A stretch of DNA of 63,831 nucleotides, counting the filler, from Globobulimina sp. (Eukaryota): the NCBI GenBank assembly GCA_003354225.1. It is 37 parts of 37 records of this genome, joined end to end, with 100 filler letters (N's around TTAATTAATTAA, not from the genome) between each part and the next. Parts side by side here need not be neighbours in the genome. Positions count along the whole stretch, not along the records: positions 10,375 to 12,003 come from PIVH01013897.1; positions 12,104 to 13,732 come from PIVH01013898.1; positions 13,833 to 15,461 come from PIVH01013899.1; positions 15,562 to 17,189 come from PIVH01013900.1; positions 17,290 to 18,917 come from PIVH01013901.1; positions 19,018 to 20,645 come from PIVH01013902.1; positions 20,746 to 22,373 come from PIVH01013903.1; positions 22,474 to 24,101 come from PIVH01013904.1; 29 more parts are not named here. One strand, 5' to 3'. Of the stretch, positions 11,471 to 24,481 are shown in pieces. The position numbers and the translations under genes were made by a program. A model generated the notes under the pieces. The model saw only the letters and a program-made list of their open reading frames with translations, was not told the DNA's origin and ran no database searches. Positions within the stretch are counted from its first letter, which is position 1. Each line of letters opens with the position of its first letter.

Positions 11471-12103
11471 TCTATCAATCCATGAGGTGTCGATTAAAAA
11501 TATCTTTATTATAATTAAAATGCCACAAACATGAGAAAAAATGAAAACGAGATTGGAAAAAAATCATATTCATCCGTGGCGTCTATTGGCTCAAAACAGA
11601 AAAGTAGTCTTTAGGTTTACTTATGCTTTATACTTTATGTTTATACTTTATGCTTTATAGTGAAAAACTTTATGCTTTATAGTCTAGCCTTAGACCCTTA
11701 TGTTTTATGGCATGACACGACACTTTCTCTGTTGGAATCTCTAGAAAATGTAATCTCTCATTTCCAACGTCGATAGAAAGCATAAACAGTCGTAACCAAT
11801 TACAACCGCACACTTTGAGCCAAATCAATTGCAACTGCCAATTTCCTGCAATTTCAAACAAGAAAATATCATTATTTGTTATCCATATTTAATAAACACA
11901 CTTAAATAAATAGATTATGATTTCAAATATGAATTTTATGCATATTCCATATGGTGATAATTTTTACCGCACCGTTTCCATGGACTTGTGCGAGAGTGAT
12001 GATNNNNNNNNNNNNNNNNNNNNNNNNNNNNNNNNNNNNNNNNNNNNTTAATTAATTAANNNNNNNNNNNNNNNNNNNNNNNNNNNNNNNNNNNNNNNNN
12101 NNN

Positions 12104-13436
12104 TATTCATTAACTGTCAAAAAGAAAGCACACATTAAAGAATTACCATCGCAGCAAACAATACAATGTTGTTCCACCACTACGATCAATTCGCTCTTAA
12201 AACAGCTTAATTTGTTCCATTTGTCGCATCTTTTAAAGTATGTATAAACAAAACCAAATAATTGTGTGCATGTTTCATGATGTTTGGTACAAATAATATA
12301 GAATATAATAATTATATTTCCTTTGCGGTTGTTGTTTTTAGGGTTTGTGTTGGCGCCGCCACCCAAGATATAAAAGATATGGACCAAAAAGTCATTGATA
12401 TTCCGCATTTATTAAGCGATGGCATTCTTAGCATATTATTCTCTGCGCGTTGGTTCTTAGACCGTACTGTGGATATCGCCACATTTAATTCTTTAATGTC
12501 CCAAACTATCCAAAAATCCATAAATTCCGCCAAATTGTTAAAATCATGTGCGTCATTTAGGAAATTAGACTATCAATTCAGTAAAACGCAATCGTTTATA
12601 TTTTCGCAGTTTGACGAAATAGAAACAATATTAAATGCACTGTCTTATGATGTTAACAAAGCAAACAAATGGTGTCAGAATTTAGCACAAAATAATTATC
12701 AAAAAAAATTGGATAACCATAGTGACAAATTATTGAATCAACTTCAAAGTTAATATATATTGACAAACGCAAATCGTTTTTTGTTTTTGTACATAAAATA
12801 AAGTGTTTTTTTGTACATAAAATAAAATATTTTTTTGTAGATAAAATCGGGCAAATTCATGACACGGTAAAGTTAGAAGAAAAGAAATGGAATAAAAAAA
12901 GACAACAAATTGTGACCTATTTACAAGAAACAGTGCGTAGAATAGAGATTGGGTTAATGTCTTCATTTAAAACATGGATTACAAATGATATTATTGAATG
13001 GTTACAATATATGGATAATGGTATAATTTTAAGTGATTTTACAATTAAACAATTTAAAGGTGCAAATATAAATGGTTATCATTTAGAAAATATTAATGAT
13101 TTAAGTTTAAAATTAATGGGTGTTAAAGATAGTAATATAAGACAATTAATTGTTGGATATGTCAATGCGTTGTTACTTCAATATGATGATAATATGTCAA
13201 TACATAGTGATCATGATATTGATGATACGCATAATAATAATAATAATGATAATATATGTTGTATTTGCGTACGAAATGAAGTAAATACGGTGATTGTACC
13301 TTGTGGCCATGCTATTTATTGTGAAGATTGCAGCAAAAAAAGTGTAAAACATGACAATCGGTGTCCAATTTGTAGACAAAGTGCAAATTCTATTATCAAT
13401 ATTTATAAAGCTGGTTTTAATTTAGTTACAGATTAA
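12104..13436 (+). CDS. SAM-domain plus C-terminal RING (C3HC4) E3 ligase, partial; introns 12238-12341 and 12749-12840
   Basis: WITNDIIEWL...INGYHL...LKLMGV (SAM); CCIC...PCGH..YCEDC...CPICR (RING). Both GT-AG introns restore the frame. Confidence 0.88.
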
Positions 13437-13832
13437 CATAATTTAGTTACAAGCAAACAAAATATTTTACAAACTTTTTGTTGTATTATATTTGTCAAAT
13501 ATATATTTTTCCTCCTTTTTATATTAATTTTTTTGTAGTATTCTTAATCGTTTTATAAATTAAATGTCTTATTTTTATTTTAATAAAAAACAGTATTAGG
13601 ATAATTTTATTTAGTTTCCTTATATGTTTTTGATTGTTTTAGTTTTATTTGTTTGATTTATGTCTTGCAGTCACGGAGTTTGTTTACTTTTTTTTATATT
13701 TTTGATGTGTTTCCCCATTTTTGCATTGATGTNNNNNNNNNNNNNNNNNNNNNNNNNNNNNNNNNNNNNNNNNNNNTTAATTAATTAANNNNNNNNNNNN
13801 NNNNNNNNNNNNNNNNNNNNNNNNNNNNNNNN

Positions 13833-14593
13833 TTCTCCTCCCTGTATCTCCTCAATCGTTCCTATAATAATATTTATAAAAACACTTGTTATAAATCCGA
13901 TATTATCGCAGCATACCTTATCCTCCTCCTCCTCTCGTAATAATCGCTCAATCTCCAATTTTCTATGTAAATCCAGTCAGAATTATATATAAATTGCATT
14001 TGTATGTATTAAACATATAAAAACCTTAATCGTTTTTGTTCAGTATCATTTGTATGTATTTCATATACACCGCAATCTTTAATTATACATTTCCTCATCG
14101 TTTGTCCACTTTGATCGACAGAACCTTGTTTTTCTAATATTTTTAAATAATCCAATCCCGTACAAACTCGTCCAAATGCAACGAATTTATTATTTAAATA
14201 TTGTGCTTTCTTACAAGTAATAGTGAATTGTACTGAATTTGAATTTGGTGCATTATTTGTCATGGATAATATGCCGGGGCCATCATGTAATACATTAAAA
14301 TTCTCGTCATCGAACACAACACCATAAATAGAGGTAGTTTTAATATCACCACCTTGGATTATTTGATTTTGTATTATCTTTGAAAATAAACTATCTTTAT
14401 AACCAACGTTACCATCTGTTTGTGTACAACATAAAACAATAAAATTCTTTACTGTTTTTGGTACAATATCCTCAAATAATTCAAATTCCATTCTACCAAT
14501 TTCTTTGTCACCAATGCCTATATCAAAGTAACAAACAGGGTTTGATGGGTTGTGATGTTGATAACCACTCAGTTTCTGCAGTGCACGCGCCAT
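13833..14593 (-). CDS. Divergent cyclophilin-like protein with a charged C-terminal extension after an intron (partial)
   Basis: NPVCYFDIGIG, ELFEDIVPKTVKNF, IQGGD, SIYG..FDDENF, HDGPGILSM, FVAFGRV. Confidence 0.88.
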
Positions 14594-14926
14594 ACAAAAT
14601 AAATAAAAAAAAAGAGCTAAAGTTCAAGAAAACTGCTTCAATCATGGCAGATCAACCAGTTTTGAAGCAGCCAAAAGATGAAGAACCCGAAGAGAAAGAG
14701 AAGTATGCATCTCATCCAAAGTCAGCAAAACGTTTATCGTTGGAATGTGCATTGAAAGCAGGCAGAAAGGTGCATTGAAAGGGGCTGAAATCCATTTTAT
14801 GAATTGTTGATGTTTTAGTTTGGCACTGAAACGAGTGGATAATTTATATATATGTACAAAATACAATCAAATTCCAAGCAAACCTATATTTGTAAGCACA
14901 GAAACATTAAGAAGCAATATATGTTC

Positions 14927-15461
14927 TCACTCAACAAACTCTCCTCCAGCTCCAGTATCAAATTTGACTGTTATTAAATTATGATCATCGATTATACCAA
15001 CTCTCTCCAATGTTTGTGCTGAGGGCAATACTTTTCCTTCAGAATAAAGAATAATATCTTGAATCTCTGCAAGAACTCCCGATTGAGCTTTATAGATTGT
15101 TTTGATTTTTTCCACTTTATCACTTTTCCTTAATTTTTGATGGAGTTCCATCGGTTGCTCCTGACTGCCGGTAACAATGTATATTTTAAACTCTTTACTC
15201 TCCACATTGCCATTCCTATCCATCACATCAGAGTTACATATAATGTTCGTCCATTTGTATAATGTTCGTCCATTTGCACATCCAGCGGAGTTATAAACTC
15301 CTACGTTGTTTTTATTATTTCTATTAACATATGTTTTCGTATTGTTTTCATTCAAATGATATGTACCACCCCTTGGTCCTTCAAATAATGCACGTTGACT
15401 CGCACATCCCTTCGATGTATATGTTCCAATCACAGTATCAGCGGAATTATTGCTAGTTACA
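14927..15461 (-). CDS. GPRGG (PBCV basic-adaptor-like) repeats followed by a ubiquitin-like domain ending GAGG-EFVE
   Basis: RALFEGPRGGTYHLNENNTKTYV plus a second partial repeat, then beta-grasp pattern FKIYIV...DKVEKIK...LYSEGKVL...TLERVGI...LITV...GG. Confidence 0.6.
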
Positions 15462-15561
15462 NNNNNNNNNNNNNNNNNNNNNNNNNNNNNNNNNNNNNNN
15501 NNNNNTTAATTAATTAANNNNNNNNNNNNNNNNNNNNNNNNNNNNNNNNNNNNNNNNNNNN

Positions 15562-16558
15562 AAAATAGAATCATTATAAATCAACCCATGCGGCACTTGA
15601 TATGTTTCTGCGCCACCACCTGGTAATTATAATAATTATATAAACAACAACAATGAGAGATAAAATGTTATAATTAACCTTGTGTTTTAGTGCCGCACCA
15701 GTAACCCATTGGTGGATCAAAATTATTACAAATGCCACCGATGCCAGCTTGATAATAAACAAATTCGTCAGTGGCAGACTCATTTCTTGGAAACGCAGTT
15801 TCATATACTTCTTCCTCGGGGAATGGTGGAATAACAGAAGGAAACCAATCCATTGCAAATAAGTTTGAACCAAATCCATCTATCTCTGGGTTCGCATTTG
15901 GATAACGGGCACGAATGGCTCTGCTGCCATTGATGCGCAACCCATCAAACATTGGATAATTTTTTAAATTTACGGAATATATATTATATTTATCAGACGT
16001 ATTTTGATATAATTGCCATGAACAATTATACAGAGGTTTAGCTCCGGAAATTATTACTTTTTCACTATTGAAATTTGTAATAATTAGATTCGAATGAAAA
16101 TGATTCATATTAAGTGTTGATACAATGTAATAAATACCTTGTCGTAATATTATCATTCTATTTGTTGTGTTTCTATATTTAACAATTCTATTCAATGCAA
16201 ATTGTATTGTTTTTAAAGGGGAATCAATTGATAATCCTGAATTGAAAATGTCTGAGCCATTTGCTGCGCTGACATACAGTTTAATATTGTCTGCATTGTC
16301 AATATCATTCCATTTTGGTGGTGTTTTAGTTTTGGGGATATCATTGAGAACATCTTTAAAAATATTTAATGGGGATACATTGCAATTTTGTGCTTCAGGA
16401 GCGCCGTTTAATGCATCCGCTATTTGCTGTAGTTCTTCTAATGATAAATGTGGTTGAATGTTTTGAGCAAATTTCAATGCCAATTCACGCATTGGACAAT
16501 CAAATGTTGTCATATTAGCATTGGAAATTACAATTAAAATACAAATTGTTAACAACAT
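15562..16558 (-). CDS. Secreted right-handed beta-helix (GH141/pectin-lyase-fold-like) protein, N-terminal part
   Basis: Signal peptide; LYVSAANGSD...SPLKTIQFA, ILRQGIYY, ISGAKPL, RAIRARYPN. Confidence 0.7.
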
Positions 16559-17976
16559 GTTTGTTGGAGGAGTTTTTCAAAACTTTTGTTGTTGAGCTGG
16601 AAAATTGTAATTATATATTAATGTGAGCGGCCATTTTTTTGGAAAGATGATTATTCATCAAACACAACCATCTCTACAGGTAAATCACTCTTCATATTTG
16701 CATTAGAATTTAGAAACAATCAATATGTTTTCTCCACATCTGTATCGCCGATGAACAAACAAATAATAAATATAAAACATGCATATTTCAGACAGCATGT
16801 AATCAAATACATGATCTAACTCTCAAGTACGAAGCCTTAGAACAGAAATATAATACCATTCAATTGGAAAATAAAGAATATAAAATACATGTTGTGTTAT
16901 ATTACATTTATATGTTAACAATGCATTGCTGTCCATGTACTAATTAACTGTTTATTTATTGAACAGATAGCAGAGCTACATGAACATAATACATATCTTA
17001 AACTTGAATTAGAATCCAATCAGAAACGAATTAATGAGGAAAAATATTTAAAACCACTCTTCAAACATCACATCAGTACAATGCATGAATCTTTAACAGA
17101 ACATGATGCACAAATTAAAAATCTAAAAACTAAATTACATCGCAATAATCTATCAATGCAGTCATTACAATCTGAAAATATTAACATTANNNNNNNNNNN
17201 NNNNNNNNNNNNNNNNNNNNNNNNNNNNNNNNNTTAATTAATTAANNNNNNNNNNNNNNNNNNNNNNNNNNNNNNNNNNNNNNNNNNNNTTATAAAACTG
17301 AGAATGATCCGTATGCGGAGATCAAATTATTAAATGAAGAAATTGAATTTTTACATAAACAAAAAATCACATTTGCAGAGAATGCAGCGACGGAAATTGG
17401 TAAATTAACTGCTATCGTTGGAGTGTTATCGAAGGAACATACAACATTATCAACGCCATATTATAAGAAGTTTAATGATTTTAATCCCGTTGATTCTATT
17501 ATAAGATCCCTTGGTTATACACCAAATAATAGACGATAATCATGGAAAGAAATTTTATTTTGTCATTGTGTCAAATATTTTATTTATTTTTTTGTAGAGG
17601 TTTTCTGTCCCTTTATTTTGCATTGTATCAAATATTTTTATTTGTAGAGGTTTTCTTTTATGATGACTTGGTACTTGGTAGTGTTTAAATAGATATCATG
17701 ACTTTTTTTTTCCTTATTATAACCAACCAACATTTGAAAAGTCTTAACTTTTCCGGTGAGCGGGTTGCTAAAGATGAAATAACTAATATCTTTAGTAATA
17801 TATCTAGAAATGCATAAGACATAAATTGAAAGTCAAAGCAAATCTAAATTAAAATAAACCAATAAATAAATCATAATAATGAACTCAATGAAAGATGACA
17901 ATAAAAATATATTAATAGGGAAAAAACAAAAAAAAAATAATGAAAAAATAGAAAAAAGCAATTAAATAAAAACTAA

Positions 17977-18917
17977 TCAGTTGACAAAATCCGTTTGATT
18001 CATTCTAACAACGTATGAATCACTCATTGACAATGTATTTTTATGATATTTTTGTGGATTGTCAATCATTGATATTCCGTCTGTCCCATCACTCGTTGCT
18101 CTATGTCTTCCATAATGCGTAGCATTAAATTTCTTTACACATTTAATGCAGATACAAATCGCACAAATAATAATAAATAAAGCCATTACCATTAGACCCC
18201 ATTGTAATATTTCAGCACTAATACTTTTATTTTTAACCGAATCCATTGCTTTTTCATTCATCAGCACAGAGTTGTCACTGAATTTCTCGTCGCAATATTT
18301 ATTGTTCGTATCTTTCCATCCAATAACTTGCATATCTTTACATTTAAGACCTATCTCGCCAACAATATTTCTCTTACAGCTGGTATCAAAATATCCTACA
18401 CATGTTTTAGCTGCTTCATTTTCCGCAGACTCTGAAAAACTTTTTGCATTTTTATTCGTCTTGTAAGTTATCTTAAAATATGTTTTATCTGTCGATCCGC
18501 CTTTACTAATATCGCATGACATACTTTGTGAAGCTCGGATATTTTTAAAATTACAAAGTGTTTTTGTAGATTGAGGACCAATTTTCGAATATATTCTTAT
18601 GGATTCAGTCGTAGGTTTTCCGATATATCGGAGTTTCAATTTTTTAATGTCACCCTCACAATCACATGTATTCACTAAATAAAAAAATAAAATCAATACA
18701 TGCATAAAAAATAGCAAAAACAGCTCAAATACCATTTTTTTGTCCAGAAACGGTATAAATATCTGACAATTCTAAACAAAAAAATTATTTAAGTTGATTT
18801 TAATGTAAGCAAACTTGTTGGTTTTGGTGTTGGATTTTCTGTAGGTGCTGTTGTAGGGAATATTGTTGGATTTGTGGCAGGTGATATTGTAGGATCTGTA
18901 GCTGTTGTAATTTCCTT
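17977..18917 (-). CDS. Single-pass surface protein: Pro/Thr (PT-repeat) stalk, Cys-containing ectodomain, TM helix, cytosolic tail (partial, multi-exon)
   Basis: PTxxPT repeats at 18815-18905; CDCEG..KLKLRYIG...DTSC; hydrophobic segment WGLMVMALFIIICAICICI. Confidence 0.6.
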
Positions 18918-19357
18918 NNNNNNNNNNNNNNNNNNNNNNNNNNNNNNNNNNNNNNNNNNNNTTAATTAATTAANNNNNNNNNNNNNNNNNNNNNNNNNNN
19001 NNNNNNNNNNNNNNNNNCTTTTCAATATTAAAATTTTAGACATGCAGACTTTTCCATCTATTAAATTAATTTGAATGCGAGAATGCATATTTTCACCGAA
19101 GGGTACCTTGCACTCCACGCCATCTATGAAATATTTACAATAATGCATAATATTATTAAGGGTTTAGGTCCGACAGCCTTGCACAAGAAACTTTTGAGTT
19201 ACTTCAAAAAAAGTTTTGGGACTTACAAACATCGTCAAAGAGTTTCAGAATGCAGATATCCTGTAATTGTTTAATCTGTTTGATGGTGCTTCAAGTTGCT
19301 CTTTTTCGATTTATTTTAAGAAAATTTTCCTACTTCGCGACTCCACTCAAAATTGTC

Positions 19358-20581
19358 ATGGCGTCTTATGGTTTAGAGTCTGTACAAGTGCTATCCAAAC
19401 TGATCGATGATACATTCCCTTCAATGAAATGTGCAATCTGTTATGGATCCGTAGCATTCCCACAAACACACTCTGCTCAAAACAACTCAAATGCCACAAA
19501 TCTCGACAAGAACGCGAATAATACCTTTTTCGAATCATTATCATTATCTAAAATAGTGTCACCATATTACATGCACAAACTAAATGAACCAATGATAGAT
19601 TTCATTTTCATTGTAAATGACTCGCAACAATGGCACGCGCAAAACTTATCCACCGCGAATTATTACCATTACTCGACATTTCTACGTGTGTGCGGCAGTC
19701 CGTTTGTTTCTTATTTCCAATCCTTAGGTCCCGGCGTCTTATACAACTCATTCATATCCGTCAACAATTACCATATGATGATGAAATATGGTGTGATCAC
19801 TACCAGCCAATTAATGCACGACTTATTGCATTGGAAATCCTTATACATTGCAGGCAGACTACACAAACCTGTCCTATATCTAACGCAAGACATCGATGCC
19901 ATCGATGCCAAACCAAACATGAATGCTTCAAACGCAGTATATTTGAACGATTTGTATGCAAATATCCAGACACAAACAGTGGACGAAATAAATATTGATG
20001 CACCACAGTTAACTGATGCTATTCTACTAAACTTAGATTACGCACTGCGGGTTGCATTAATTATGCTTTTATCCGAGGATATAAACTCGTTCACATTGAA
20101 AGATTTGTTCATTACCATCACGTCATTGAGCTACTGCGGTGATAACAGGAACCAATTTGGCACGGAAGACGTGCATAAAATGGAGAAAATAGTGAATGGC
20201 GGTTATGACCAATTTGTGGAATTATATGATAGGTTTTTGGTGAATTATATTGAGAGAAAAGGCGGAGATCATTACGGTTTTAAGCACGGAATTGATATCG
20301 AATTGTTATGCGAGAGATTGCCAATCAATTTGCAGCGGGAAATGATTGAGTATGATAAGGAGATAATGCATCATTTGGATGATAATGAGCGCGTAAATAA
20401 ATGCATACGTTATGCATTGTGCAGCATTGTGAGTTCGTCGAGTTGGATTCAAACGATTAAAGGTATTTTTTCCATTGGATTTATTAACAGTTTGTGGTAT
20501 GTTTTGAGGAAAGTTAATAAGTATTATAAGAGTACCAATTTGAGTGGAAATCATAAGGAAGTAACGTTGGAATCTGTGTGA
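19358..20581 (+). CDS. TAM41: Mitochondrial phosphatidate cytidylyltransferase Tam41/Mmp37
   Basis: YGSVAFPQ, MIDFIFIV, KYGVI, DLLHWKSLYIAGRLHKPV, LSYCGDNR, QTIKGIFSIG. Start placed at MASYG (uncertain). Confidence 0.93.
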   Translation: MASYGLESVQVLSKLIDDTFPSMKCAICYGSVAFPQTHSAQNNSNATNLDKNANNTFFESLSLSKIVSPYYMHKLNEPMIDFIFIVNDSQQWHAQNLSTANYYHYSTFLRVCGSPFVSYFQSLGPGVLYNSFISVNNYHMMMKYGVITTSQLMHDLLHWKSLYIAGRLHKPVLYLTQDIDAIDAKPNMNASNAVYLNDLYANIQTQTVDEINIDAPQLTDAILLNLDYALRVALIMLLSEDINSFTLKDLFITITSLSYCGDNRNQFGTEDVHKMEKIVNGGYDQFVELYDRFLVNYIERKGGDHYGFKHGIDIELLCERLPINLQREMIEYDKEIMHHLDDNERVNKCIRYALCSIVSSSSWIQTIKGIFSIGFINSLWYVLRKVNKYYKSTNLSGNHKEVTLESV

Positions 20582-20745
20582 TAATTTTAGTAAAGTTTTT
20601 TTTTTATTTTTCATTCTTTCTATGACACATATTTTTGAATTGTTGNNNNNNNNNNNNNNNNNNNNNNNNNNNNNNNNNNNNNNNNNNNNTTAATTAATTA
20701 ANNNNNNNNNNNNNNNNNNNNNNNNNNNNNNNNNNNNNNNNNNNN

Positions 20746-21752
20746 GGATAGATACGATAGATTTCAACAATTACAATTTAGAAATAAATTATTTATGCAT
20801 GGACTTTTACGGGGCTTATGTTGAAAAATTGTTTGTCACGAAATATTTTTTTAAAACTGTCCTTCAATCTGTTATGGTGAACAATGACAAGAACCATAAA
20901 AATGCATTAGATGCAATGATGGAAGTAATGAAAGTAAAGCACGTAAATATAAGCAAACATAGTTTTTATAATAATTATATTCGAAGCAAATGTCAAAAAT
21001 ACCCATCATTAGAACGCACTGCAAAACAATGGTTAGGAGATGAAAAAAATGATGGCGAGACTCATCCAAAATCATTAACCGACTGCAATTTATCGCAAGT
21101 TCTATGTATTTTAGATGATGAGGCCGTATTTAATAATTTGAATGCATTATTAGAGCGTAAAGAAGGTATTATTAATTATATAAAAGTCAATAATTGGGAT
21201 GGTGCTAAACTGAGTCAATTGAAACGTAAACAATTTCTGACCCAATTATCTGACCATTTCAATGATAAAAAATTAATAGGATCATTAGGAAGGTTTTATA
21301 ACAATATTATCAATTTTGATTTGACCAAAATTACTGAAAATGATGGCGAGACTGTACAACAAATATCAAGTTGCACATTGTTAACGGATCAGATTTTGAT
21401 GGATATATTTAATATGAAATATGATGAATTACAGGTTTATATTGCAAATTAACAATATTGATGAAAATGAAATTAAATTACAAATGGCACAGTTTGCCAC
21501 AGAAACTATAAAACGAGCAATCCGAATGAATGAAATCGAATATGTCAGATATCAAAATAATAACCGATGCCAAATCCCGATTGAAAAAGCAAAATCTAAA
21601 TTAGGAATGGGATCTGTCAAACAAATGAAAGCAATGTGGTATCATGGAATAAATCAATATCACGGAATACAAATAGATGATCCTTTCACATTGCAACATA
21701 TTATTGCATTGATTTGCTATTCTGACAACACACAATTATGTACATCATTTAG
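20746..21752 (+). CDS. Hypothetical protein fragment with an apparent +1 frameshift near 21450
   Basis: Two long overlapping ORFs (20799-21452, 21421-21789); internal repeat NDGET; GTATGA donor near 21752. Confidence 0.45.
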
Positions 21753-21798
21753 GTATGAATCGATCTCTACGATTATTCAATATTTATGATATAAAATA

Positions 21799-22373
21799 TC
21801 AGTCGAATTTCCATTTATTGCTATAATAATTTCGATTCCTCCCTCCGTTCCACCTTCTCTTCCTCCCATAACCATTGTAACCATTACCATTCTCATAACT
21901 ATCCTCATCCTCCCCCTCCTCGCCATAATTATCATTCTCAAACACACCATTTTCAAATATATTATTCTCATTGTTATACACATCATAACTTAAATTATTC
22001 TCATTATAATTGTGAATATGCAATTGTTGTTCGAATAAATCGAGCTCATTCGGCCACGTCGTTTGATTCTGATTTTGCATATTCCCAAATTGCAACATTG
22101 GTTGGCTGCCAGTACCAAAATGATTGATGGATTGCGGCGTTATGGGAGTCAGTGGCTGTGTAGGCGCAGTAGTTACAAATGTAAATTGCTGATTTAGTGC
22201 TTGTTGCGTCGCTGCAGCGCTGGCCGCACGACGCGCATTTTCAAATATATCCACCTCAGGCTGGGTCATCGTGGGCTGTGTGTATACATTTGGTAACATA
22301 TTATTATACGTTGCAGTCGGTGTTGGCGCACTGGTCGCTCTCGAGATATTTGGTAGATTTGTAGTGGCCACAG
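21799..22373 (-). CDS. Low-complexity Q/N/T-rich protein C-terminus
   Basis: 190-aa ORF open at the contig end; acidic stretch then RKRR/GGR tail. Confidence 0.4.
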
Positions 22374-23032
22374 NNNNNNNNNNNNNNNNNNNNNNNNNNN
22401 NNNNNNNNNNNNNNNNNTTAATTAATTAANNNNNNNNNNNNNNNNNNNNNNNNNNNNNNNNNNNNNNNNNNNNATCCGCTTTATTTCTTTGAGCCGGAAT
22501 TGATTATAAGGCTGCAAACAAAGCATGTATTGAGGATTGAAAAGTATTTCAATAAACATAAGATTGAATATGAAACATATTCATATCCAATACCTCCAGA
22601 TGTGTGGTCCCAATATGGAGAACATAATAATGACATTGTTTTAAAGCATTTGAATATATTTTTAGTATTATTTCATACTCATTCTGTAGCTGCGTTGTTA
22701 TTGAATGATAAAGAACATTTTGATTATTTAGAAAGAATGATTCATACGGCATTCAATCCCAGATTAATCTCACGAAAACAGGAAGGAAGTCAGCTTTTAA
22801 AACTAGCACAGCTTAAATTGGGTGACAATCAGTTACAAGAAGCTGTTCATAAAATGCTTCAAAATCCATTATAAGACCTGAAAGATATGTTGTTGTATAA
22901 ATATATCATTTAAGCGAGTTTTTGGTCTTTACTTAAAAAAACATTAGCTCTAATCTTTTGATCATCTTTTCGCACCTTCAAAATCAAAATAAATTCATAA
23001 ACATAGACATAGGACATATTAAAAACTAAAAC

Positions 23033-24101
23033 ATGTCCTCATCCAAATCATATGTCATTGCTGAATATGACACTGAAACAAGAAAAAGTGGGTACCTCTA
23101 TCATCCGCATCCAATGTAACTTTACTTTACATGTATAACCTTACATAGTTCCAGGAGACTGGACGAACGATTCATATTCGAATTTAATGAAAAAAGTCCG
23201 CCTAAAATTTCATATTCGTCCTCAAACCCCCATCGATATCAAAGTGTATGATAAAAACAATGATAAATTCTTTATGATTGATTCTGACGAAATGGTCGAA
23301 ATCCCACATGCCGGTTTAATAAAAATCACAAAATGCTCCAAACCCAAAGCCAAAATCACCAAATCATCCCTAACCAAACCCGTTGCCGTCCCACTTCCAT
23401 CCAAACCGAAATTGAGTAAAGAAGAAGACAACGCATTACGCAGCAAATGGACAATTAATTCTGTGGTCGAATTATATTCTGATTCGATGCAAAAATGGAT
23501 GATTGGTAAAATAATCAGCATTATAAATGACAGCGAAGGCGAATGGTTACGGGTACGTTATTTAAAAAACAGAGAAAAGGAAATCCAACGTTTGAATAAA
23601 TTCATTCGGCCCAGGATTGAAACCGCAAAAACAGCCAATGAGAATTATGCGATTCAAACTGAGATAGAAAAAGAAGAAAAAGTAGCACATTTCACACCGG
23701 ATACGCCATCCTCGTCAGATGCGTCTACCACAGATAAAGAATATGTAATTTCAACAACAAAATTCAATGTCGACGCCAAACCATTTGTTCCCGCCTCAGT
23801 CTCTGTGGTACCGCTACAAATTGACGTTGCTATTAATGTTAAGTGATATTCTCATTTCCACTCATTTTACATTTTGCAGTTATACATGATATACATTTGA
23901 AGCAATGCAAATATATATACGTATTATATACACATTAATATATATGAGTCATATTACAGTACATATTATATATTCTATACATAGGCAGCGGATGACAATG
24001 GTCCAAATGCTCCAAATACGCCATCATCGTCATCCGAGGAAGAGGAGGAAGATAAAGAAAAAGGGAAAGCAGCATCTTTGCCGGCGATTGACTATAAAAA
24101 T
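23033..24101 (+). CDS. Protein with PB1-like N-terminus, Tudor/Agenet-like domain and PAM2 motif (partial); first intron 23088-23148
   Basis: Spliced MSSSKSYVIAEYDTETRKIP...; WTINSVVELYS...W..GKI...EWLRVRY; KFNVDAKPFVP (PAM2-like). Confidence 0.6.
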
Positions 24102-24481
24102 NNNNNNNNNNNNNNNNNNNNNNNNNNNNNNNNNNNNNNNNNNNNTTAATTAATTAANNNNNNNNNNNNNNNNNNNNNNNNNNNNNNNNNNNNNNNNNNN
24201 NGTTCAACCAAACAAATAATCTTATCCCAAATAATAATACAATTCAGGAATTATCCATATCGTAAAATAAACAATAATCAAACCTAAAATAACTAATTAT
24301 AGTCCAGATCGTAATTCATATTCAATCCTCAATACTATCTTTTGTTAATTGTTCCTGGTAATCTTTGAAGAACTGTAACGATAATACCTTCGATTTATCA
24401 TTCGGCACATTCTTCACCAAGTCACATTCCGTCAAATCTAAATCTATCATTTCTCTGTTTATTTTATTACCATACAAATAG

